DNA of 64,000 bases from a virus (taxonomy: Duplodnaviria > Caudoviricetes), in the IMG/VR virus record IMGVR_UViG_2585427716_000002, positions 1-64,000 of that record. One strand, written 5' to 3'. The position numbers were made by a program, and so were the translations under genes. This document shows, piece after piece, positions 56,086 through 64,000 of this stretch. The stretch's first letter is position 1, and each line of letters starts with the position of its first letter. The notes beneath the pieces were generated by a model. The model saw only the letters and a list, made by a program, of their open reading frames with translations, was not told where the DNA came from and ran no database searches.

Positions 56086-57645
56086 TTAAAATACGATTGG
56101 GGCGTTAGCTTTAACCTCATCCGGTACCGAACTAGGGCAATACAGTGTGTAAGACCACCTAGTTCCTTCATTTTTCCTGTTCATTGCAATTTTCAGCTTC
56201 CCATCAGAAGGTTTGTACTTAAAACCGAACGGACTTTTTTCTGAGTACGCATGGAATCCAGTTCTATGTTTTAATACTCCCCCCACATAAATAAACATCT
56301 CGTCAGGTTCGCTAAAGAAATTGTACTCAATGTAGTATACTCCTGATTCAGTGACATCAAACTTTCTGCTATTGTACCCCGAGTCCCCGTTAATAACATC
56401 GCTGCAATACGCTGTCGGAGCCGGGTCATTAGGTGCTGGGTCAGGCTCAGGGTCTGTAGTGCCACCCCCGCCGGTACCTCCATCTCCACCGGTGCCCCCG
56501 GTTCCAGTATCGCCAGATCCGCCAGATCCACCATCTCCCCCTGTTCCGCCTGTTCCCCCATTACCACCGTCACCATCACTTCCGGTAGGCTTGGATTTTA
56601 CAACAACAGTTGAAGTTACCGTACATTGCTGACCATCTTCATACGTTACAACATACTTTATCGGAAACGTCCCGATCCGCAGAGCCTTAAATTCACCATT
56701 CCCTAGGTCATCTATAGCTGTTTCATCAACTTTGACAGCAATTTTCAGAACGCCCGATGTGTTTGAGTGAACTAATGAAAACTTACCTTTCTCCCCGACT
56801 TTGACTTCTAAATACTGAGATGGTGATATCTTTAATCCGCATGGTTCCGAAGGTTCATCGCCAATTAAAGGGACTTCGGCAGGTTTATCTATAAATTCCA
56901 ACGGAGGTGTTGAAATCCTTTCGTAGCAATAGGCGTTTTGCAAAACACCGATTGCAGCCATCCTGAATTGCGTAGACGGTCTTTTTGTAAATGGGGAGTC
57001 TCCCTCAACTATAGTTAAGTAGTATTCGTCATATTGTACATGAAGAGGTCCCTCTACTTTCGGTGGATCTTTTGGTTCTGTCGGAACCTCTTCTCCCCCT
57101 GTACTTGGGTCTTCACCATAAAGGTTAGCCCATTGGAATGGGATTCGGACGTGAAGTTCCTTGGCTGTGTCTGTAACACATTTTAACCATACCTCGTATA
57201 TACCTTCTTTGGTCATATTCATGAAGTCGTACATCGGGGTACCGTCGCCTAGATCCTTCTGAGTAAAGGCAATACCTCTCATTACAAGGAGGTCGGGATT
57301 GTTGGGGTCACTCTCTAGAGAAATTGATTTACCACCCTCTCCTGTGAGGTAGGGTTCTTCGACCAATGTATTATCTGTTTCTGTAACGAATCGCAAGAAG
57401 GCCTTAGCAGACACAATTCCCGCACTCTTTAAGCAATAAATATCAAGGTACGATACACTATGAAGTTGTATATCTATTACGAGCGGACCTTTTTGATGGT
57501 AAGTTATTACATCATGCACATCAGGGAATATGTGTCTTGAAGGAAGATGTCTCCATCTTATGGAATGAATGATTGGGTTTTGGTCGGTATCTGTATACCC
57601 TACATTTTGCGGAATAGTTAAATCAGGGATTGGAGTAATCGCCAT
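56086..57645 (-). CDS. Multidomain virion protein: C-terminal fragment of the paralog domain, Ig-like domain, Gly-rich linker, terminal Cys-bracketed domain
   Basis: SPFTKRPSTQFRMAAIGVL; GGNGGTGGTGGDGG linker; WSYTLYCP. Confidence 0.7.
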   Translation of the reverse strand: MAITPIPDLTIPQNVGYTDTDQNPIIHSIRWRHLPSRHIFPDVHDVITYHQKGPLVIDIQLHSVSYLDIYCLKSAGIVSAKAFLRFVTETDNTLVEEPYLTGEGGKSISLESDPNNPDLLVMRGIAFTQKDLGDGTPMYDFMNMTKEGIYEVWLKCVTDTAKELHVRIPFQWANLYGEDPSTGGEEVPTEPKDPPKVEGPLHVQYDEYYLTIVEGDSPFTKRPSTQFRMAAIGVLQNAYCYERISTPPLEFIDKPAEVPLIGDEPSEPCGLKISPSQYLEVKVGEKGKFSLVHSNTSGVLKIAVKVDETAIDDLGNGEFKALRIGTFPIKYVVTYEDGQQCTVTSTVVVKSKPTGSDGDGGNGGTGGTGGDGGSGGSGDTGTGGTGGDGGTGGGGTTDPEPDPAPNDPAPTAYCSDVINGDSGYNSRKFDVTESGVYYIEYNFFSEPDEMFIYVGGVLKHRTGFHAYSEKSPFGFKYKPSDGKLKIAMNRKNEGTRWSYTLYCPSSVPDEVKANAPIVF

Positions 57646-57657
57646 AGATTTCCACCT

Positions 57658-57957
57658 CTATTCTTTTATTACTTCTACACTAAAACCCTGTAACTTTAAA
57701 TCTCTCGTCAAATACTCCGATAAATAGGTATTACTCGCCTTATTTACTTCGACAGGTTGGCCTTCCTTTCTCAAAACCAGTTCATCGGGAATTCCCGCAA
57801 GCTCGCCTTTAAATCGAACACTCGTCTTTACATTTATAATGTTATTCAGAGACTTCACAATCACATCGTTATTACCGCTTATCTTCACTTGATGTAGGAC
57901 TTCGCCATCATTGTCAATGAAAGCGAAGTTCTTACCTCTTGTGATTTTAAGTATCAT
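57658..57957 (-). CDS. Small hypothetical protein
   Basis: RBS AGGGGGT, 99 aa. Confidence 0.6.
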   Translation of the reverse strand: MILKITRGKNFAFIDNDGEVLHQVKISGNNDVIVKSLNNIINVKTSVRFKGELAGIPDELVLRKEGQPVEVNKASNTYLSEYLTRDLKLQGFSVEVIKE

Positions 57958-57972
57958 CGTATACCCCCTATT

Positions 57973-60522
57973 CTAAAGGTTAGGGTCTATTCCCATTGCC
58001 TTTAATTGATTCATAATAAAGTCATGCTTTGCTGTGAACTTGTCACGTAAGAAAGGACGGTTGATAGCGTACATCATAAATGCCTCCGCAAAATCCTCAG
58101 CTGGCCCAAAACAACCATAGTCAGATACGGGAGCTAGCTTGCCATTGTCTAAAACAGTCCCTGAACTGCTTTTGGTAAGTTCATCGAAAGTACCATCAGA
58201 CTTTCTAACCCAACCGCTGATATTTAACCATTCTTCCATTTCGTGCAGCTTGACTCCTAACTTATCAAAGCCATAGTTGGATACAGCGTGGCCCATCTCG
58301 TGAATTGCTACCTCTGCTGCTACATACGGAACAAAGTTATCGTCTGTCATCTCTTCTTTATAGTAGGTTAAATACTCACCACCAACTACAGGATTCCCGA
58401 AACCATTTGCCGATTTGATGTAGTCATAAGGTCTGTGTGCCTTGGCTGCTGATAAGGAATAGTTTAAGAGTTGAGGCTCGAAATTAACTAGTGACCTGAA
58501 TGTAGAAAGAATGTTCTCTTTTGTACCATCTGTGTAAGAAACAGTTACTACATTATCCAAAACCCAAGCACCTACTACCCCACTGTCAGATTCATCTTCT
58601 TCATATACGTTGTTGAAATCCATCCAGTCGTAAACCTCACTCGGTACTTTGCTGATTAGAGGGATCATCTTATCTAATGTATCCCCTGACAAAAATCCCT
58701 CCGAACCAGGGAAAAAGTTCACTGGTTTTTGTAGCTTTACTGACATATAGATCGAGGCTCTTTGTAGATCTGACAAGCACGATAAATTATCAGCAGACCA
58801 GTCTCTAAATTCTGTCCACGTCTTATTTAGATTTATTTTTCCGGCTTGGGCGTCGGAGATGGTCTTCCATAGAAGTTTGTGATAATCTTCTACGTTTATT
58901 TTTGAGTTGGTAAGCTTGTACTTTGAAGAAGCGTCATAAAAGAAGTCTAGCCAATCGTTTCGCCCTTCCCAAAAAGTGACGCTCAATTCCCTGCCAATAC
59001 CTTCCTCATTATTTAGCATATACTCCTGAGTAGCGGGGGAAGGTTTCCAATAAACATCGCTGATTGTATTTACTGGCACTGACCCGTCGCATAAATAATT
59101 GAACCGGTATTCCGCCGGCTGGTCTCCCTGATCGTCGGTAGGTTCTTCATCATTCGGCTGGGGACTCCAAGGACTTCGGGTAGATTCGGTGGGCGGCTGA
59201 GGATTGTACGGCAATTCATCACAATCCCCACACCAGTGAGGGAATTTCAGCCTATCTCCTTCCATTAAATTGATGAGAGGGATTAATACAATATTAGGTA
59301 TATACCCTATGACGCCGTCCTCAGGGTGCATAACTGTCGCCCTAGATGAGTGGATTTTTTCACTATACCTTGACGGATGAAAGCCGTAGTTATAGTAACC
59401 GTAACGCAGGTAGTTCCATGCTCTAGGGTATTTTCTTGCAAACTCTTCTTCTTTGTCAGTCCCTAAAGATTTTTTGACCTTTCTTAACTCTTCTCTAGTA
59501 GGAGGCATTTGGTTAGGTGGGGCATTCCAACGAAGAAAATGTTCCTGGTATCTAGAACCGTACTTTGTCTTTTTCACCATCACTGAATCAATTCCGTTTG
59601 AAGGATGGTGAACGTAATTGCGAGTAATAGGTTGTAGCGTATCAGTCTTTTCTTCTACATTATCGAAGTCGAAGAATTTCCCGACTTGCGTACCCCCTAA
59701 CATAGCTATCGGAGTTTCATTTGGCTTAGTTGTGTTTTTGGTTACAAGGTTTCCGAAAAAGAAAGGGACTAAGGTTACTCCGTTATCCTCCCACATTGGT
59801 GCAGAGTCAACTTTCAATGTAAAGAAGGCACTGGTTTCATCAAAAACACCTCTAAGTTGTATTAAAGAATCGGCCCACCAGTTTGTGTTGGTCTTGTAGT
59901 TCAATTTACCGATGGACGCTACATGTTCTCCAGTATCTCCTTTTAGTTTCATAGTGATTATAGGTGACTGTTTCATATCAGGGTGGTAGTCATTTTTGTT
60001 ATGGTACTCAATATCTAAACTTGCTTTATGGACCCCAACACCACTGTCATCACCTAAAACAGTTACTGGAGTTGCCTTTCCTCCGCTAATAAAATGGGTA
60101 TAACCCTCATACTTATCTAAGGTGTATGCATAAACGGTAGTATAGTCTACAAAGTCCTTATAAAAATTAACAAACCATTTAAGTAAATCCTTTTTATTTG
60201 TTGGTAGGTCCTTTGTTGAAATTTTCACTGCTCCTGTCGATTGAGCAAAAGCAAGTAACTGATTGTCCCATCGTCTAAAAATAAGGTGTCTTGTTATGCA
60301 TAGCATTCCTTCGGTCGGAAGTTCAGGAGAAGTGTATCCTTTACTTGTTTTTACAAACAGACCTTTTTCAAAGCTGATTTTATAAAGGTCGACTTTAGCA
60401 GCGTTCTTATTGAAGTCTTGCCACCAATAGTTACCTGATTTATCTTTAAAGCGTCTAAACACTTTATCAAACAAGTCATCTAAGAAACTATCATGTCTAA
60501 GTGTTTCTTCGACAAAAGGCAT
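57973..60522 (-). CDS. Paralog-family virion protein fused to a C-terminal zincin metallopeptidase
   Basis: TNWWADS/HPSNGIDSV/SRYSEKIHSS motifs; HEMGH plus VSDYG...EDFAEAF. Confidence 0.75.
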   Translation of the reverse strand: MPFVEETLRHDSFLDDLFDKVFRRFKDKSGNYWWQDFNKNAAKVDLYKISFEKGLFVKTSKGYTSPELPTEGMLCITRHLIFRRWDNQLLAFAQSTGAVKISTKDLPTNKKDLLKWFVNFYKDFVDYTTVYAYTLDKYEGYTHFISGGKATPVTVLGDDSGVGVHKASLDIEYHNKNDYHPDMKQSPIITMKLKGDTGEHVASIGKLNYKTNTNWWADSLIQLRGVFDETSAFFTLKVDSAPMWEDNGVTLVPFFFGNLVTKNTTKPNETPIAMLGGTQVGKFFDFDNVEEKTDTLQPITRNYVHHPSNGIDSVMVKKTKYGSRYQEHFLRWNAPPNQMPPTREELRKVKKSLGTDKEEEFARKYPRAWNYLRYGYYNYGFHPSRYSEKIHSSRATVMHPEDGVIGYIPNIVLIPLINLMEGDRLKFPHWCGDCDELPYNPQPPTESTRSPWSPQPNDEEPTDDQGDQPAEYRFNYLCDGSVPVNTISDVYWKPSPATQEYMLNNEEGIGRELSVTFWEGRNDWLDFFYDASSKYKLTNSKINVEDYHKLLWKTISDAQAGKINLNKTWTEFRDWSADNLSCLSDLQRASIYMSVKLQKPVNFFPGSEGFLSGDTLDKMIPLISKVPSEVYDWMDFNNVYEEDESDSGVVGAWVLDNVVTVSYTDGTKENILSTFRSLVNFEPQLLNYSLSAAKAHRPYDYIKSANGFGNPVVGGEYLTYYKEEMTDDNFVPYVAAEVAIHEMGHAVSNYGFDKLGVKLHEMEEWLNISGWVRKSDGTFDELTKSSSGTVLDNGKLAPVSDYGCFGPAEDFAEAFMMYAINRPFLRDKFTAKHDFIMNQLKAMGIDPNL

Positions 60523-60526
60523 AGAA

Positions 60527-60985
60527 TTAACCCCCTTGTGCGGTTGTATTATCTCTGAGTCCTTGGTAATTGACCCAAGCGTACTTAGACTGCCCGCCAC
60601 GATTATTGAATTTAAAAGTTATGGTTTCACCCGCTTTAATTGACTTTACAGCCATTAGCTGAATTCCTTCCGGTACATCTTTGGTATAGATATTCTTGCA
60701 GATGTAATTGATAGGTTGATCATCCTTAACAAAAACACTCCAACTATCGGTCGGATGGTATCTATTTGCACCTACTGCAATGCTAGTCAATTCTATATCC
60801 ATTGGAGGTGTGTATTCTGCAACAAATTCCCCAACTTGCCCCGGGATCTCCAGTAAAATCCCCTCAGTGTAGGGTACAGTCTTTGTTGGCATGAATGGGT
60901 AATCTAAACGTCCTCCATTAAGGTGTCCGACCTGCCCTACTCTATCTAACTCGCCACCAACAACTATATTTGCACCAAAGGACAT
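60527..60985 (-). CDS. Late-region hypothetical protein
   Basis: RBS GAGGTG, 152 aa. Confidence 0.6.
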   Translation of the reverse strand: MSFGANIVVGGELDRVGQVGHLNGGRLDYPFMPTKTVPYTEGILLEIPGQVGEFVAEYTPPMDIELTSIAVGANRYHPTDSWSVFVKDDQPINYICKNIYTKDVPEGIQLMAVKSIKAGETITFKFNNRGGQSKYAWVNYQGLRDNTTAQGG

Positions 60986-60988
60986 TGG

Positions 60989-61771
60989 TTACACCTCACT
61001 TTCTTCTTCATCGAATTCTTCGTATAGGTCTTCCTCGTACTCAGAACCAGCAAAATCCTCAGTCACCTCAACTTCGACATCTAAAGGTATGTCCTCGGGT
61101 TCAGAGGGATCGAATCCGTCAGCCCAACCGTTTTCAGGAGGTTCGATGTCGTCTTCGGGGAGGTATTCTGTATCTGCATAATCCTCAGCCTCATCGACTT
61201 CTGTATCATACCCTTGGTCAGATCCACCACCGTCATAAAACTCGTTAGGATCATCGAATGTTTCAGTATAGTCCTGTTCTACATCTAAATCGATCCACTG
61301 GTTATCTTCGTAATATGTTAGGTCAACTTTTTTAAAATCTCCGTAGCCGCCTTCTCTTACAATGTTGGCAGTTATACCCTGAGTCCTCTCCAGGAATTGC
61401 GTAGCTATATCCACTTGGACAATCATTAAGTTGTTGATGTATTCATGATCAGGGACTGTTTCAGGTACAGGCGGATCTAACCCACGAACTAAAGAAATGG
61501 TATCAATTGCCCCATTTCGGTATACTATGAACACTTTCTTTATAACCCTAGGGTCAATAATGTTCGAAGTATCCCGTTCAACCTGAAATGATTCTACTTG
61601 CCATTGATAAGGATTTAAGGCCGCTGAATCTGAAATACTTCCGTCTACCTCTCCTTTCAACAGAGGGCTTTCAAATTGATGGGATACCCCTTTACCTTGA
61701 TTTAACTTTCTATTTATTAAGTCCAGAATCGGGTACACATCGTTTACATTCATGTAGTTACTTTGAGTCAT
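60989..61771 (-). CDS. Late-region protein with highly acidic C-terminal tail
   Basis: D/E-rich last ~100 aa. Confidence 0.6.
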   Translation of the reverse strand: MTQSNYMNVNDVYPILDLINRKLNQGKGVSHQFESPLLKGEVDGSISDSAALNPYQWQVESFQVERDTSNIIDPRVIKKVFIVYRNGAIDTISLVRGLDPPVPETVPDHEYINNLMIVQVDIATQFLERTQGITANIVREGGYGDFKKVDLTYYEDNQWIDLDVEQDYTETFDDPNEFYDGGGSDQGYDTEVDEAEDYADTEYLPEDDIEPPENGWADGFDPSEPEDIPLDVEVEVTEDFAGSEYEEDLYEEFDEEESEV

Positions 61772-61858
61772 CTACTCACCAACTTTCTCCAAGCATTATA
61801 AGAAAAAACAAAGGTATTCCTAACAGAATGTAGGAATACCTGATTAGACAGTACCTTA

Positions 61859-64000
61859 TTAAACTATCCTTGCTTTACTTACAACACTCTTAGGGGCAGT
61901 CCCAGGGCAATACAAAGTGTATTTCCACCCGGTCCCGTAACTGACGCCTCCTTCATTAATTTTAACTTTAATTTCCCCATCTGACGGTCTGTAATAAAAT
62001 CCGATTGGTCCACCGTCACCATGACTAACAGGTTTATCAAGTGCAAATCTTTTCTTACTGCCGGTGTAGATAGCTATTCTATCCTTTGCTTCATACATCT
62101 CCCACTCAACATAAACATAGCCAGCTTTTGTCACCTTGTGTGTGAATGAGGAAGAACCGTTGCCCGATTTTACAGTCTGACCACATGCGACTTTGTTTTC
62201 ACCTTCTACATCCTCAGGAGAAGTTTCAGGAGGGATATTGTAAATCGGCTTATCCTTATAATAGGAATTTGTATCTTGCCAAGTCATTTCTAAAAAGTTG
62301 ACCATACCTTCCTTATTGCCGACAAGCCTATTACCTTTAACGATGTAGTACCCTGCGGTTGACGTTGTTTGATCGTACACATAGGCCCCGTCTAACACTT
62401 CGATCATAGGATTACCTTTTACTACAGCATTGTAAGTCCTAGCTTGCCGTTTCATATCAAAAAACAATTTTTCTGCGATATCCTCTTTCATCCCTCTTGC
62501 GTTAGACCCATAGCTCTCATCTACCCATTCAGAGACTACCTTTGCAGTTCTCATCTTACCTTTTGTTGATATTAACAAATCCTTGTCAACAAAATGCTCA
62601 ATCTGCCCCCCACTACCGACAATCATAAGATGGTTTCGTACACGAGAATGGTCTACAGAAGAGGTTAGAGAGTGAAGATTCTCACTGTCAATAAATTCCC
62701 ACTTTGCGTCTACAGCTGTTAGATTTCTTATGTTCTCTAAACGAAATGTGCCATACCTATCGCAGTAAGCTCGGTACATTAGATCACCAATCAACTCTTG
62801 AATAGCGTCAGAGGCTCTTGTACCTTCTGTAAAGTCTATCGCCTGTACGTATGGATTTTTATATCCATAGGCGTCTTTGACAGTAGATATTTTTTTCTTG
62901 ACGTACTCTTTTTTCTTAGAGTCCCATACAACGGCAGTTTTACCTCCACGATCAATATCAATATAGTAGGTTTCTTCTATAACTGCGTCCGGGTACTCTA
63001 AGTCATCCTCAACTACCCTCCAACCTATGAGTCCTGACTCGTTAACGATGTTATGCACGATTGCAGATTTTACCCACATGACGACAGGCTCCTTTTCATC
63101 CCCGTGGATTTCATCCCTCCTAGGAAATGTTAAAATCCTATCAAAGACGTGTTCCTCCAACTCATCGTACATATCTACACAATTTATTGAAATTGTACTT
63201 GCTTCTGAGTCTTCTTCTATTTCCCCCTTAATTCGTCCCGTAAAGACCCTTACTAAGTTTTCACCGTATCCAGCATAGATCCGTACAGGAGTTGCTTCAC
63301 TTAGAACGTGTCTTACCGCTCCCTGTTCATAATAAGACATGTCTGAATCTCTTCTGTTCTCAGGGAATACTGTCGTTCTTGTGTAAGTTGGGGAGTACGT
63401 ACCTAATTTGTTATCTAACGTAAATCTCGCCGTACCTACCCTGCTGTCAAAATGGGTGCTTACTTCCCATTCAGTAATATCTTTCTCTATAGCAAAGGTG
63501 GTCTCATATACAAATGCTCCAGTATCTAACCACACGTCTCTCTTGCGAGCAACAATGCTTTCTTTTACATACGCATTTTCCACCTCGACCACTTTAAAGC
63601 ACTTAATGCCGAACTCTGCTTCTCCACTTACGTTATCTATGGTGAAATCAAGAATGTGGGAATTCACTCCCGCCTGGTCACTTACTGAATATTTACCGTA
63701 AATAGGTGACTCGTAAGTTGGTTTGACCGTATTGTTAGATTTGGTATACCGTTTGACAACCAACCCATCATAGGTGACGGTTACTGAATCCTCGTCCTTC
63801 AAGTTTGCAAAATAAGCGTACTCGTAGTATCCGTCCGCAGAGAAATTATGCTTATAACCAAAGTCCTTAACCTGTCCCTTTTTTATGTTCCCGCTAAAAC
63901 CTATATACCTTTCTCCTGTTGTAAGCGATGTAAAGTGTTTTATATTTTCTTTACCAATCCAATTACTGCTAAGGTCGGCATTCTTATCAAAACATTTATT
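61859..64000 (-). CDS. Baseplate hub/tail-like protein, 5'-truncated by window end
   Basis: Frame stays open from 63802 to 64000; VRIYAGYG...VFTG.I, A..CDRYGTFRL, NPMIEVLD motifs typical of hub proteins. Confidence 0.7.
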   Translation of the reverse strand, partial: NKCFDKNADLSSNWIGKENIKHFTSLTTGERYIGFSGNIKKGQVKDFGYKHNFSADGYYEYAYFANLKDEDSVTVTYDGLVVKRYTKSNNTVKPTYESPIYGKYSVSDQAGVNSHILDFTIDNVSGEAEFGIKCFKVVEVENAYVKESIVARKRDVWLDTGAFVYETTFAIEKDITEWEVSTHFDSRVGTARFTLDNKLGTYSPTYTRTTVFPENRRDSDMSYYEQGAVRHVLSEATPVRIYAGYGENLVRVFTGRIKGEIEEDSEASTISINCVDMYDELEEHVFDRILTFPRRDEIHGDEKEPVVMWVKSAIVHNIVNESGLIGWRVVEDDLEYPDAVIEETYYIDIDRGGKTAVVWDSKKKEYVKKKISTVKDAYGYKNPYVQAIDFTEGTRASDAIQELIGDLMYRAYCDRYGTFRLENIRNLTAVDAKWEFIDSENLHSLTSSVDHSRVRNHLMIVGSGGQIEHFVDKDLLISTKGKMRTAKVVSEWVDESYGSNARGMKEDIAEKLFFDMKRQARTYNAVVKGNPMIEVLDGAYVYDQTTSTAGYYIVKGNRLVGNKEGMVNFLEMTWQDTNSYYKDKPIYNIPPETSPEDVEGENKVACGQTVKSGNGSSSFTHKVTKAGYVYVEWEMYEAKDRIAIYTGSKKRFALDKPVSHGDGGPIGFYYRPSDGEIKVKINEGGVSYGTGWKYTLYCPGTAPKSVVSKARIV

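Noticed and set aside
56351-56632. Pro-rich ORF on + strand and other short antisense ORFs in the track (e.g. 51516..52022, 32593..32871, 39008..39328)
   Set aside because: Shadows of well-supported genes on the opposite strand; the Pro-rich one mirrors a Gly-rich linker
57033-59240. Intein or intron explaining the split virion domain
   Set aside because: No Hint-domain terminal motifs seen; the intervening DNA holds stop codons and genes with their own RBS
1-64000. tRNA, rRNA, IS elements, retron or DGR reverse transcriptase
   Set aside because: No recognisable cloverleaf, rRNA, transposase or RT motifs by eye; a tRNAscan/Rfam run would be needed to be sure

Overview
A 64 kb segment of a large Bacillus (subtilis-group-like) temperate phage or phage-plasmid. 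About 2.7-31.7 kb is mostly + strand early/middle genes: C5 DNA methyltransferase, ATP-dependent ligase, RecB/Cas4-like nuclease, RuvC, RecA/UvsX, thioredoxin, dNMP kinase, HU, Gam, MazG and two sigma factors. About 33-64 kb is - strand late genes: lysis cassette, LamG/DNRLRE and GLUG fibre proteins, a paralogous virion-protein family and a baseplate/tail gene running off the end. Accessory cargo includes a YonT-like type I TA locus, a two-gene CBASS (CD-NTase + S-4TM), a BsrG/E/H-type antitoxin-like sRNA without its toxin, and a Rap-Phr pair (unannotated Phr ending ERMET). The standout is a csrA-hag (flagellin) operon just downstream of the endolysin. It has its own SigD-type promoter, no fliW, a CsrA lacking the C-terminal motif linked to FliW control, and GGA hairpins, making it a candidate phage-encoded flagellin-switching system. 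Also visible are a 12-copy phage promoter motif (CGCAACT-N16-CGATHAHTA), a second GTTA-N19-TATAAT promoter class, and a virion-protein paralog split across two genes around an inserted HEXXH metallopeptidase. Family calls are from motif recognition only; no database searches were run.
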